Source of the DNA: Haliotis rufescens
Lineage: Eukaryota
Length of the DNA: 64,000 bases
NCBI RefSeq assembly: GCF_023055435.1
Contig: NW_025963779.1
Span: 21,328,001-21,392,000, forward strand
Reading direction: 5' to 3'
Under the pieces are notes generated by a model, which had not been told where the DNA came from, did no database searches, and worked only from the letters and a program-made list of their open reading frames with translations. The stretch's first letter is position 1, and the number at the start of each line of letters is the position of its first letter. The position numbers and the translations under genes are program-made. Positions 1 to 21,900 of this stretch are shown here, one piece after another.

Positions 1-476
1 GTGTCTTACATTACACAGTTCACATACACTCTGGAAGATGGTATACAGGCTCTCTTGTCCATCATAAGAGGTGAGGTGAGGTGAGGTGAGGTGAGGTGAG
101 GTGAAATTGGGTTTAACGTCGCCTCCAATATTATTGCACTTATATAGCGACGTTCTATCATAAGACACTCGTTAATGTTATAAGAATGATGTACAATTCA
201 GTCCTGCACCAATCAGGTCCACAGCAATTCCCCAAAAGACCTTAAACCAGAACGATGCTGGACACACAAACACACATTACACCTCCCCCATTGGTGCCCA
301 AACAATTCTATCATTGCTAATATAAATTTGAATCCTTTGAGATAATATGAAAAATAAAACAAATACAACATTGTCAGTCCCAAGTTTATTATTATCTTCA
401 GGCCATATGGCTTGAAGCCGGCACTGAAGACATCAGATGGCTGAGATGGATGGGAGTCCTGCTGGAGTTATCTCCC

Positions 477-8689
<8,213 letters not shown>

Positions 8690-9596
8690 CTTTGTGGATC
8701 AGGGATTGAATCTTCAGTTTAAAGACAGAACTGGAAGAGATGCAACAATTGATATTTCATTTGTGTTTAAAAGCTATAGTAGATGATATGCTCCCATTAT
8801 TCCTAATTTTCCCCCTCCCCCGACAAGGCCAGCACTAAATGAAGGATGTAATCACTACTGTATGCATTCCTTGAGTTTACTGCTGGCGAGATCAACCTTT
8901 TTTTGTTCCACAGAAATATGAGGGTCCTGTGAAGTTATGATAGTGTAGTGTAAGATTTGATAAAAATCTTAACTACAGGACTTTAACATTTCTTTCAAGA
9001 AATTTCGTACAAAATACTACAACGAATATGATAGTGCATCATGTAAAACCTGGATATTCTGGGGAGTGGTGTGGTGACGTGTGTGCGTCTGGGTTTTTTC
9101 AGTTGGAATATCAAACAACAAAAAATGCCGACCTGATTTCGTCTGCCTCTTTGGAAAATCAAGAGGCGAGAGAGCAAAGATTGCTAAGCGGGGCAATTAT
9201 CAAACTGTAGGACTGTGATGATTATGTCGTGAGGTTGTGCAATATATCGGTGTTGTTGGTTGGTTGTTTAACGCCGCACTCAGCAATATTCCAGCTATAT
9301 GACGGCGGTCTGTAAATAATCGAGGATGGACCAGACAGTCCAGAGATTAATATCATGAGCATCGATCCACGCAATATTGGGATAGATGACATGCATCAAC
9401 CAAGTCAGCGAGCCTGACCACCCGATCCCGTCATCGGGGAACCACACCATGTAATTCGGAACATGATATTCGAAAGACTCCCTTTATATCATATCTAGAC
9501 ACTAAATAAAACAATGGAAAAAGAAAGCTGCTAAATGTGATGGACATGTACTCAATAACAGATTCTATTTAAATATTGCCATCCCTGTTTCTATCA

Positions 9597-9680
9597 CACG
9601 TGCTCACCAGAAGCAATATGGCGTGCAAAGAAAGACCACGTGACTGGAATCCTGCCACCTGGAAGAAGGAAAAGACAACT
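9597..9680 (-). promoter_or_regulatory. Probable RPLP0 non-coding first exon with polypyrimidine (TCT/5'TOP) start
   Basis: On the - strand there are pyrimidine runs TCTTTTCCTTCTTCC and TCTTTCTTT, a YY1-like GCCATATT, two CACGTG E-boxes (9597-9602, 9637-9642) and a donor CTG|GTGAGC (exon ends 9608) that could splice to the acceptor at 8730. Confidence 0.6.
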
Positions 9681-10565
9681 ATTGGTATTGTCACCCACTA
9701 AATATTTTCATAGTTCGTGTTCTCACAGCAGAGACCGTATAATAGATTATCTCTGCTGAAAGTCAATATTTGAAATTTTCGATTTTGCAAAAATAATTAT
9801 TTTAATGAGTACAAATATACCATCGTCAAGACAAAGAATAAAAAGAGATCTTAGCTATAAAAAATATACAGTGTCATGTATTCATGTTCTTCCAACTTCT
9901 AAATGCCTATCCAAGAATTCAGATTTATGTAGCATATGAAATCGATGACGTAAAGCTTGGGTGACGTTTTAGCCTGCACCTCTTTATGTGACGTCGCTGA
10001 TGTCTCACAACGTGATATCGGGGAGTACATAATTTTCTTCATTCTCCTGGGAAAAAAAACTATGAGTGATATACAGAATAAATAGTAACTCGAAATTACG
10101 GGTGAACTGTCCAAGGATCGGAAATGAATTTACTAGGGGAAATTAATTCGCAATTCCTAGCTCGGGAAATAAAAAGTCCGACNNNNNNNNNNNNNNNNNN
10201 NNNNNNNNNNNNNNNNNNNNNNNNNNNNNNNNNNNNNNNNNNNNNNNNNNNNNNNNNNNNNNNNNNNNNNNNNNNNNNNNNNNNNNNNNNNNNNNNNNNN
10301 NNNNNNNNNNNNNNNNNNNNNNNNNNNNNNNNNNNNNNAATATGGGACTATGAAGTTTGTTTGTATGTTTGTTGTTAAACGCCGCACTCAGCAATATTCC
10401 AGCTATGTGACGGCGGTCTGTAAATAATCGGGTCTGAACCAGACAATCTCGTGATTGGTATCATGAGGATCGAGCTCATGCATCAACCAAGTCAGCAAGC
10501 CTGACCACCTGATCCCGTTAGTGTCCTCTTATACGACAAGCATAGTCGCCTTCTCCGGATCAAAT

Positions 10566-11097
10566 CATCTTCCCGAGACAAGAGAGTTAACTGACTATAA
10601 AAGTCCAGTTACCACCCTTGCCGATCTAGGCTGGTATCATGGAGTTACATTTTGGCCGGACTAACGAGTCTATGCAAAGTCCAATCAAAATCGTGCACCG
10701 AAATTGAAATCCGGTTCGTAAACTGTCGTGCAGATTTCGGTCGATTGCAGGATTTGCAAAGCATGTGCACCACCAACTCGTTGTCAGCAGATATTTTCAA
10801 AATCTTCTCATGTTTTTAATCAAGGTGCTCACGTGATTTGATGCATATCGCGATGTAAGACCCGTTTTATCACAATATAGATATTGATTATCGATCAGAT
10901 CGCAACCATTTTGTGTGAAGCAAACGCAAGTGATACGAGAGGTGGAATCTGATTGGTCCTTAGGAGAGGCTTAGAAGGGACATAATTGGTATTAGCCACT
11001 GGTGGCGCTACGATCGAGCCCAGTTATTCCAGCCTAGTTCGGCAAGGGTGGAAACTGGACTTTTAAAGTCAGTTAACTCTCTTGCCTCAGAAAGATG
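10566..11097. mobile_element. MITE with ~70-bp TIRs (CATCTTCCCGAG...), copy 1
   Basis: Long terminal inverted repeats, no ORF, very similar to the copy at 21965-22509. Confidence 0.88.
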
Positions 11098-12749
11098 ACT
11101 GACCTAAGAGTGAAATACATTAATCCTAAATACTACCCTAATCATTGGAATCGTTTGCACATAAAACGTCTTCAAATTGTAACACTACTAATGTACAGGT
11201 TTCAAAGTTTACATTCAACCCGATGAAATTATGTGCATAAGTCCCTTCATCAAGAATGTTAGTTAAATCAGTTTGATACTTGGATGAATCGATTGTCGTA
11301 TTATGTTTTTTGGGCCCGTGGCCTTTAAATGGATAAAAAATATATTGATAGTTTACCTTTACAAATAGTATATATGACGTTACATTGCACTCATCATTTT
11401 TATTCCGTCACCCATTATAACATTAAAATTACCTCTGCAAACGTTATTTTGCTGTCCATCATATCAATTATAACCCAGTTGTACTGCTATAGTTGAGGTT
11501 GGAAATTCACACCCAGGATATATATGCAAACAATTCAAAAGATAAAGGGCACGGGTGACCCAGTCTAGACGATTCACTGTGCAGAACTGCGTCCCTTGGG
11601 CACGCCAGAAACCTATGATTGTGGGTTCGAATCCCGGTTTGCATCAATTATGTTTCTAGGTTTGTCAGTACCATACCCGTGCTCGTGGGTTTCACCAAAG
11701 TGGTAAACGTCAGAGACCTGCTTTCCTCCCACATTAAGCTGACACGCCGCGATATAACTGGAATACTGTTACAAGCGGCGTTAAACCAAACTCACTCAAT
11801 CACTCAAAGGATGAATGAAAACATGTAAGGGTGGATGTACTAACGAGGATTAATGGGTATTGTATAACCCTTGCCTCACACAATTCAGTAATCTGGCACT
11901 CCCTCCCTGTGGTTCATGTCGTGCCCTTAAGTGGAATTAGTAAGGTAATACTAATATCAGCTACACTATGTGGATAATCAGTGGTATACTCAATAGTCTG
12001 CTACTGATGTTATCAACACCACGTGACGTACGGGCCTTTATTTTCTTGTGTTCTTACCGGTCAGGCCTGAGTTATTGTACTGTTAATGTGATTAATCAAG
12101 ATATAGACGTTATCATGATTAGTATTGTCATTGTAAAATAATGTTAAATTTTTTGATTTTCGAAGTGCATAAAAGCAGAATGGTAAGATCGCATCAAGAA
12201 ATTACGAAAAGGTGAGGTAAAAGTAATTTTGTAAAAATTCTTTCTGCGAGCGACGTTTATTTTTTATGGTTCTTTAATATATAAAATTTATCGAACATGG
12301 CATACGTAATACAATAACTGACAGTTATACACACTATATTTAAAGTGCAACGGGTGTAGTGTGCATAATCAACACGATCAGTTCTACGGTTCTAATTCGC
12401 ACGTATACGTGATCGAACCTACCTATTTCAATAGCGCCTGTTTATTGTGAGTATTTGAACTGCCTCGCCCTGACAATGTATCTTTGGTCTATTCTTAGTT
12501 CATTGAGCAAGTCCAATAGCCTAAATAACACTCGCGCAACTAAACATGTGGTTAGCGAACGACCAAGGGAGATAATCACTGCTTAGCATGCAACACCAGT
12601 TTGCATGCCTACGGCTGATAAGCCGTGAGAGTTCTCCGGTAGAAATGCAAGGCTTGTGTTGCGGTTGTTTTCCAGTCGGAATTGGCTTTACAGAAAACGG
12701 ATTTAATTTTATTTGAATGTGATGATATCTGTGAAGTTGATGTGAAACG

Positions 12750-15700
12750 ATGGGATCTGGATCTAGTAAGGAAAAGACAGGTAGGGTCGATACGAGGGGA
12801 GGGGGTTCAAAACCAGTCGCTGTTGCTAATGTAAATAACAACGTATCCATAAAGTCCACGACGGGTCATTCCAAAAGCGGAACCAATACGGACACCGGAA
12901 CGACGAATCAATCACCGTCGAAATCACCCGTTAAAGACTCAAATGTTGAAAAAACTACTACGGAACGTTCTCCAAGTAAGTCAGTTAAAACTGACAAAAA
13001 ACCCGTCAGTAAACTGGAATGGAATAGTGACTCCGACCTCGACGACGATGACTGGGACGACTTCCTCGGAAAGACGACTTCAAAACCAGTGCCCAAACCG
13101 GACTCTAAAGTGTCACATGGGGAACAAGAGCAGACCGCGCATAACGAAATGAAAACTCAGGAACTATACCCAGAGACCTACGCACAACGCCACACGCGGC
13201 AACAGTACACATTCGGACAGGATAGGTTGATTCGAGAGAAGACGATCTACAGGAACCCAGACGACTGGGGCTTTGACGAGGACAAGGAAGAAGTGACGGT
13301 AGGGGGAAGCCTTTCTTTATTCTAACCATTTGTCCAGTGAGAAATATATATTAAATATATTTTAAAAAAAAACACGTTAATATAGTGAGTGAGTGAGTGA
13401 GTTTGGTTTTACGCCGCTTTTAGCAATATTCCAGCAATATCACGGCGGGGGACACCAGAAATGGGCTCCACACATTGTACCCATGTCGGGATTCGAACCC
13501 GGGTCTTCGGCGTGACGAGCGAACGCTTTAACCACTAGGCTACCCGACCGCCCCCGACGTTAATATATGATTTATAATTATATTTGGAAAACAATAGACC
13601 AAACATCAAACATTTTCTTAAAGGGGCTGTCTAGACGTCAAATGAGTGGCATATGTGAAATATGAGATTCTTTTCGTCTACTTTTTCAATATTGTAATTT
13701 TTAACTATATATATTAACTACAAGAATGTTCTTCATAAAATTTGAATTTAAAGATTGTAGCAAATAGTGTTTTTGAGTACTTTGATAAAACTTGCTAGGA
13801 CTGCCTTTGTGTCTTGCCGTAGCTCCCCTTTAAGATAATATGAGGTAATTTACTTTATTTTACCGATACCAGCTAGATGTATTTAGGTCGTATTTTGCTT
13901 GGGTTCACCATGTGCACTATGTAGTAGAGGTACACATTTAAATCTCCTCCTGTAAGTCATAAGAACATAATTCTATAATAGCCGGCTATTCATAATACCC
14001 TGCAATCCTATATATCAGACATATAATATATTGGCGATTAGTTAATGAATCTTGAAAACACATAACTGACTGGGAATGTCATGTTATTTAACATGCAGAG
14101 TGCATAGGTACTGTAAAGTTATCTCTATTCACAGGCGTTGTATGGCGTTTTGTTTATTTATTTTAATCTTTGAATTTAACTTGACCTAATTCAGACAGTC
14201 ATGAAATATTTCTTAATATTTCTTGTGGTATATTTAGTTTCCATTGTTTAACATTTGTTTGATGTGTTATCATTGTAACTTGCTATACGTCGATAAAGGT
14301 AACTTGTGTTATGTAAACTACAGCTGACATGGTATGAATGGCTCTGTTTTATTCCCATTGCGACTGGTAGGAAGTAATTGAGGTATGTATTACTCTACAG
14401 CACGGCCAAACAATACTTCACTAGTCACTACACGCTAATCTGTAACGTGAGCTCCTTGCACTGTCAGCTGATTGCATGTTCGTTACCACGAATATGAAAT
14501 TTTGATTGACTTCAGTCAACCGAGGTCACCCCATTTCTAGCAACCAGGGTTGACTAGAATCAACCAGTGTTGACTAGAATCAACCAGTGTTGACTAGAAT
14601 CAACCAGTGTTAATCAAGGGTCAAAGATAACAAATAACACGTCTAGAATATTTCAATACTGGGCCACAGTTTCCGCGTAACTTACACAATTACATCAAAA
14701 ACGTGTATGCACCTTTTCACTCTTGCCATGTCTTTAGTTTTGAATAACAACCTCTCCAAAAAATAACTTTGAACAGAAAGGAAGAACATTTCTTACCCCA
14801 TTGGCTTGAGAAACTGATATTTTGTAAAACTGTGTAAGTTACAGTGTCCACGAAACATGTGAACCCTTGTCTTCTCCTTCGGTATATGTAACAAGGTATT
14901 TTACATGTAAATTATAATTAGAAGGTTTACTGTCAATGCAATAGCAAATATGTGCTCATAAGTTAAATTATCAGTGAATATAAGTGAGTGAGTTGGGTTT
15001 AACGCCGCTTTTAACAGTGAGTGAGTGTGGTTTTACGCCGCTTTTAGCAATATTCCAGCAATATATCAGCGGGGAACACCAGAAATGGGCTTCACACATT
15101 TTACCTATGTCGGGAATCGAACCCGGGTCTTCGGCGTGACGAGCGAACGCTTTAACCACTATGCTCCCCGACCGAACCGCATTTAACAGTATTCCAGTTA
15201 TATCACGGCGTGTCAGCTTAATGTGGGAGGAAAGCCCGAAGTGATGCAGGTCTCAGACGTTTACCACTTCGGTGAAACCCACGAGCACGGGTTTGGTGCT
15301 GACAAACCTAGAAACATAATCGGGGCGAACCGGGATTCGAACCCACAACCATAGGTTTCTGGCATGCCCAAAGGACGCAACTCTGCACAGCGAATCTCGG
15401 CGCCTTAGACGACTGGGACACCCGTGCCCCATTGAATATAACTACATGTTGACACCATGTATCTTATGCAAATCAATTACGTGTGGTGTACAAAATGCCC
15501 CGTTATCTCTGAACATGGTACACATGCAAATTTGTGTAAATTTCATAGTTTCATGTATGCATATCTAGGCTTGGCCTGAATCGGTTTAATCGGCCTTTCT
15601 ATACACTTTTATTTTAGAATGCCATTGTCACCTGTTTTTGGCCTTGTATCAAAATAGTGCAGACGTACGTTTAATGTACAAAATAAAAAGCTGTGTATAG

Positions 15701-18700
15701 CGTCAACATACCCGTTCATACAAGGATTAACAATACGTCTTGATGTTAGTATATATGCCTTTGGTAATTTCACAGGACTTCTGCCATGACGCCTTGGTAG
15801 AAGACTACATTCATCAGCCTACGGTACTCATTTCGCGGGTTCGAACACCGTTGACGATACACTTTTATCTGAAATTGTCCTAGCGTCTTAGTAAATGATA
15901 GGGAAAAAAGAAGTTTAACTTACAATTCAATTAGTCAATGTCTGGTCAAGACAAGGAAGCCATTCTTTAAATACTAGTATAAGATATACGCCGTGTAGAT
16001 ATTACCATTAACGTGCGATGTGTATACGTTCACCAGGTCAAGGATACCACAGCCGATGATTCGATTCGCCAAAGTTTTATCTGTCATTAATTGCATTAGA
16101 TATTACCGCATTGCTATACATAAAGTGACAATGCTATTTGAGATTGAGTGGTATATTTACACCATAAAATAGACAACGTGTTACTTAATCTTGTTTATAA
16201 AAAAACGTCCGAACCCATGAAGCCTGTAATATTTTTTAGAAATCTTATTTTTGGAATTTATTATGTCACTGATCAACGTTACCCTCCGGAACTGTTGTTG
16301 GCTGACGAATATTCTACTTAAAGTATCCACGCCGGTTTGAAGTAATTCAGCTCGTATATATTAATGTACAGTAAACTACGGTTATAACGAACTCAACGGG
16401 ACTACTAATTTTAGTTCGTTATAACCGTAGTTCGTTATAAGTACATATACAGCATGACTACAGCAAGTAGTCGGGACCAAAAAGTTAGTTCGCTATATCC
16501 GCCAGTTCGTTATAAGCGTGTTCGCTATAACCGTAGTTTACTGTATATCTACAGAATAGTGTCACTGACATTATTTCGACGGAAGCTGAATTGTAAAAAG
16601 ATCTAAACGAGCCTTTCTCAACAGTTCAACTTTTATTGAAAATTTCTTTGCACTATAAAGACCAGAAGAATCGTCAGAGTAACACCAAACGCGGTCCTAG
16701 AAAACATGCAGCTGATGTGTGAAATTGGTATCAGAGAGCCTGTGAATATACTACTCAACTTTGGATAGGTATATTCCATGATACACAAAACTGCATGATT
16801 CTTAAGTGTACATTTGACATATCTCAGTATCCCTTTCAAAAGTTGAGTAGTATGATATGCTTAATGCGGTTCACTAGAAACTGCACTATTTATCAGTATT
16901 CCTGGAGTAACATATCACGTTTAGTTCCACGTGGACTATAAACCACAGGTATCCTGATTTACGTGTGGTGTTGAACAATAAAACAGTAACCTTATACCTA
17001 AACCACAGACCCGCAGGTGCAAGGTGAACACGATACAGCGATAAGACAGGGCTGCATTGTTGAGATGGCTGTGTGAATTACAGAGGAAATGCTACCATGG
17101 TAATACCGAATACCATCTGATTTTTCACTTCTCACACGTGTCTCATTTGCTCACCTCTGATTCCGAATATACTACTTAACACAAATCTCAATAGAACATA
17201 TTGGAATTCACTCTTCAACGGCATACGAAAAAATATATAAATACTTCAGAATAAATAATGCCACTTTAATGGTGATTTTGCGTTTCTTTTTTAACTAATT
17301 TTTGTTTAACCTAATGTAAATACGTAATACAGACATCATTGTTGATTTAATGTAAAATGATATCACAACGTAAGAGGCGTCTTCGCCATTACAGGTAAAG
17401 TTTGGATAATAAAGAGATTAGTGTGTACGCGTGCGTGCTTTACACCTTTCACGAAACTTGTGTCCGAATCCTAGTTCTAGTAATCTAAATGCAAATACTC
17501 AGACACTCGTTTCATGAGCCATTACGACACACGTGATACTCTCTATGCATTGCATATGGCGTCGTAGGGGTATGTCAGCACGTTATCTGTGCTGTGTCTA
17601 TCCTTATGACAGTGTCCCCGCCTGTGTTGTTCTAAGCTGGTCACGGTGTTGCCATTATGTCCTATTGTGACTCGTTGATTCCAAAGTTGAAACACGTAGG
17701 AGAACCCAGAAATCGGTACGTACAGAACCAAAATGTGAAGTCAGTAAATAACCACACAAGATCAACGAATAATTGACAAATTATTTTTAAATACGCAGGA
17801 TGAGGTTTACAATCACAAAAACAATACGATGGGTCCAATATGTGACAGCAGCAATAAATAACAGGCACTATTACACAAGTCAGTGCACACACGAATGTCG
17901 AAGAATTAGTCACAGTCAAATGCCTTGAATGAGGCTCGTGTTCCGTTCTTGAGTCCAAGACATAGTGTTGGGCGCAGGCCAGAATTCATTGCTTTGTATC
18001 CTGTACTCACTGGGCAAGTTAGGTAACAGAAGGAAGCCTTGAATCACCTTCGTCTCGCTCTTTTATTGGTCCAGAACGTCCTCAGTGTTGTCGAACCTGG
18101 ACTAACATTTAGTCCCAGAAATAAAGTTATCTTATTTAACAAAAAATATCTACAAAATACAATAAACAAAATAGACCCGTGAAGATTCCGGGGTATAGAT
18201 TGGTCTTCAGCAACCCATGCTTGCCGTAAAAGGTGACTATGCTTGTCGTAAAAGGCGACTAACGGGATCGGGTGGTCAGGCTCGCTGAATTGGTTAATGC
18301 ATGTCATCGATCCCAAATGCGTGGATCGATGCTCATGATATCAATCACTGGTATGTCTGATCCAGACTTGATTATTTACAGACCGCCGTCATATAGCTGG
18401 AATATTGCAGAGTGCGGCGTTAAACAACCAACCAACCATCCAATAAACAAAATACAAATCGAGCCCAGAACAATGCTTAATTTCAGAGCTGAGGTCTAGA
18501 CCTGCCAAAGAATTCTAGGCTTGAGTTGGGTTCCCTTTTTAATTTATTCGGTACGGTCGAACCAGGGTCGGTAACTGTTTCCAAGCCTGCATGCAAGTCC
18601 CTCACAGTGGCGCTCTCTGTATTGCCGGGACAATAACAGTCACAATAACTGCCTCCGTAGATGGTGTAGTAGATGAAGCGACTGCCCGGAGGGCGGAAGT

Positions 18701-18906
18701 CAGTGGTTCGATCCCCGGCCGCGCCATACAAAAAGGCGTCCAAAAGTTGTTACTTGTTGTTGCCCTGTCTGGTGCTCGGCATTAAGGGGCAAAACAAGAG
18801 TCAGTTTACTGTGTCTCTGAGTTGGGGGTAGCATTGATAAACGGCGGAATGGTATCTCATTGGGCTAGCACTAAAAAGCGGCGTAAGTCTAGGTAGCTAT
18901 AGCACA

Positions 18907-18941
<35 letters not shown>

Positions 18942-21900
18942 GTGTATACGTGTTGCTATATAGTAATTGCGTTTGTTTGCTGCCATGACACGCCTCGGTA
19001 GGTCCTCACACACAGGCTGAAGTTAGAATCAATGATTATGATGCACATACTTCAATAACCGGATGATGCTTGATATTAATTAGTATCGGTCCGGATATCG
19101 GTTTCAGATGAACGTCCAAAAAGATTAATTATTTCCCGCGAAGTCAGCTTTGAATCAAAATAGGTCTCTTTCGGTTTACTGTTGAGTCAGTCCTGCTGGT
19201 TTTCCGGGGAGGGATGTGTTCCGCCCTTCATCTCCTTCTAACCCGTCGGACCCGTGAGGATCCGGGTTAGAATAGGTCTTCAGCAACAAATGCTTTCCGT
19301 AAGTGGTGACTATGCTTGCCGTAAGAGGTGACTATGCTTGTCGTAAGAGGTGACTATGCTTGTCGTTTGAGCCGACTAACGGGATCGCTGACTTGGTTGA
19401 TCCATGTCATCGTATCCCAATTGTGTAGATCTATGCTCATGATGTCAATCACTGGATTGTCTGGTCCATACTGGATTAATTACAGACCGCCATCATAGAA
19501 CTGAAATCTTGCGGCGTTAAACAACAAACAAACAAACCTTACCCGTCGGGGCGGATAGGAACGTGCATGTTGTTCCACGGGAGGCCATCATTCCTGCTTC
19601 ATCGATCCCCCACTGGGGCTCACACCATTCTCTCTTATAATATGTATTCACTTATTGATGCAGCATGCCTATAATTCTGGCAGGTCATAATCCCAATGCT
19701 GTATGTGTAGTCTTAATCAAATATATCCTTGGCGACGTGTGAAGGTTTTCTCACCTAGATCTACGGGAGTGGGCGCTGTTTTCACCTCGGGTGCTGAGTC
19801 ACGTAGAGCGCGTTGCTAATTAAGAAACACGTATAAGGGCGAAACTATGTTTACATAAATCTATTCAAATAATCGATACGTGGATCAGTTATTAATACCG
19901 TTTTAAAATGTAAAAATCAATTGGTGCCAGTGCCAGATTACCGTTTTTCTAAAAATTTAAACATATTGGTTTTGATTTCTTGTCTAAAGACAGTTGAAGT
20001 TGGCAATATTTTGTATAGGGACTATACATAGACTATATATATACACCACACTGTGCATTGTTACTTTGAACTCATGACTCCTTCAGTTTTTGACATTGAG
20101 TGATAAAAACCAACAACATACTGAGACTGCTTTCAAAACATATTGTTTATTCTAGGCGAGTTTGCGACGTTACGATTACTTAAAACGTTTCTTTCACCAA
20201 AGCGCGTTCCCCCAACTCGGTTCAGGTAATCTAAATGCAAATAATACAGCGCTACGCTTTGTGCTGTGTACTTGATTAAGATTTGTGAACGCGTGGTCGT
20301 GTTGCCACCTAAGTACATACCATGATACACTAGGTGAACTCAACGAAACAGAATACATTGCATTCCGTTGACAAGTCTCACCATACAAACAATATACAGT
20401 ACCATGATTCAATATTTTATAGCAATGCAGAGTCAAAAATTCAATATGTCTGCAATACAGAGGAAATATTATCCTTCGACACAGACGGCATGTACTGTTG
20501 TATATCCCTGTACGCTGGAAGTGAGATTGGTCGTTGTGTGCGGGGAAATGGACTGTCGGGTGGTGGGGTAGCCTAATGGCTACAGCGTTCCCTCGTCACG
20601 CCAAAGACTTGGGTTCGAATCAACACAAGGGTAGAGTGTGTGAAGCCGATTTCTAGTGTCCCCCCATTAATTTCTCGCAGGAATATTGCTAAAAGCGGGG
20701 TAAAAACATACTCACTCACTCTCACGTAGCATCTCCACATTGAACTTTCACAAGACCACGTGACTTCTTCACATTGCACTTTCACAAGACCACGTGGCAT
20801 CTCCACATTGCATTTTCACAAGACCACGTGACTTCTACACATTGCACTTTCACAAGACCACGTGACATCTTCACATTGCACTTTCACAAGACCACGTGAC
20901 ATCTTCACATTGCACTTTAACAATATCACGTGGCATCTTCATATTTGGGCTCGACCACATAACCTAACATTCGACACTGTTGTCTTCACGTTGCATTCAC
21001 TACACACCCCCGCCGTGATATTGCTGGAATATTGCTAAAAGCGGCGTAAAACCATACTCACTCACTCACTACACAACATCCTGTCAGCTGCTGAATGTTA
21101 GTTGAGCCTTTACAGTTGAAAGGATACGCCATGTTTGATTCATTTCAGGCAACCAAGGGGTTTGATGCCTCCAAGTTCCGGGCTGCGAACCAGGGAAAGG
21201 TAGGTTGCTTCTGCCGTTGCTGGTCGCTATCACCGCTATTTATATGACTATCACACAAACAACATGCGCTGATTTAGACAGGTTCCGTCGCATCATGATC
21301 ATCCAAGCTTATTCCATCCAGTAGCAAATGGTGAATGTTTTGTATTTATAAGTGAGACATGCAAGAACTCCTATAGTAATCAACTTCTCATTTTGTTACA
21401 GCCTGTTCGAGAAAAGGACATTTTCTCCACTCAAGACGGTAAGTTTAAAAAATAGATAAGCCATTAGTGATCCGACGAAAGTTAAACACAGCTGTTTGTT
21501 TCTTTAATGCCACACTCAGCAGTGTTCCACCCATGTGACAACGGCCTGTAAATAGTCGAGTCTGGACCAGACGATCCTGTGACTGATATCATCATCCACG
21601 TTGTTGGGGTACGATGATACGCAATCAACAAAGTCACCTAGTCTGAATGCTCGATTGCTGTGGACCAATTCTCATCCTGAATCCCCACGGGGTGACAGCT
21701 ATACACCTGTGTAGATGATTACTTTTCAGTGGATTAACTAGCATCTCTCAGCAGAACCACAAAGCCTCGACCACATGGTCGTGAAACTGACATTAAGAAT
21801 AATTTGTTTGTTTGTTAGTTGTTTGTTCAGCCATATGACGGGGTCTGTAAATAATCGAGACTGGAACAGTCAATCCAGCGACTCACATCAACAGCATCGA

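Noticed and set aside
10124-10394. ORFs spanning N runs (also 45244-45877)
   Set aside because: Artefacts of assembly gaps.
15805-15850. Hammerhead-like GAAA...CTGATGA on the - strand (also CTGATGAG at 29171)
   Set aside because: Stems I-III cannot form adequately and the G10.1-C11.1 pair is missing.
18044-18499. Recurring short ORFs such as [15 protein letters not shown]... and [15 protein letters not shown]...
   Set aside because: Chance frames within SINE family A copies. Indels and stops vary between copies.
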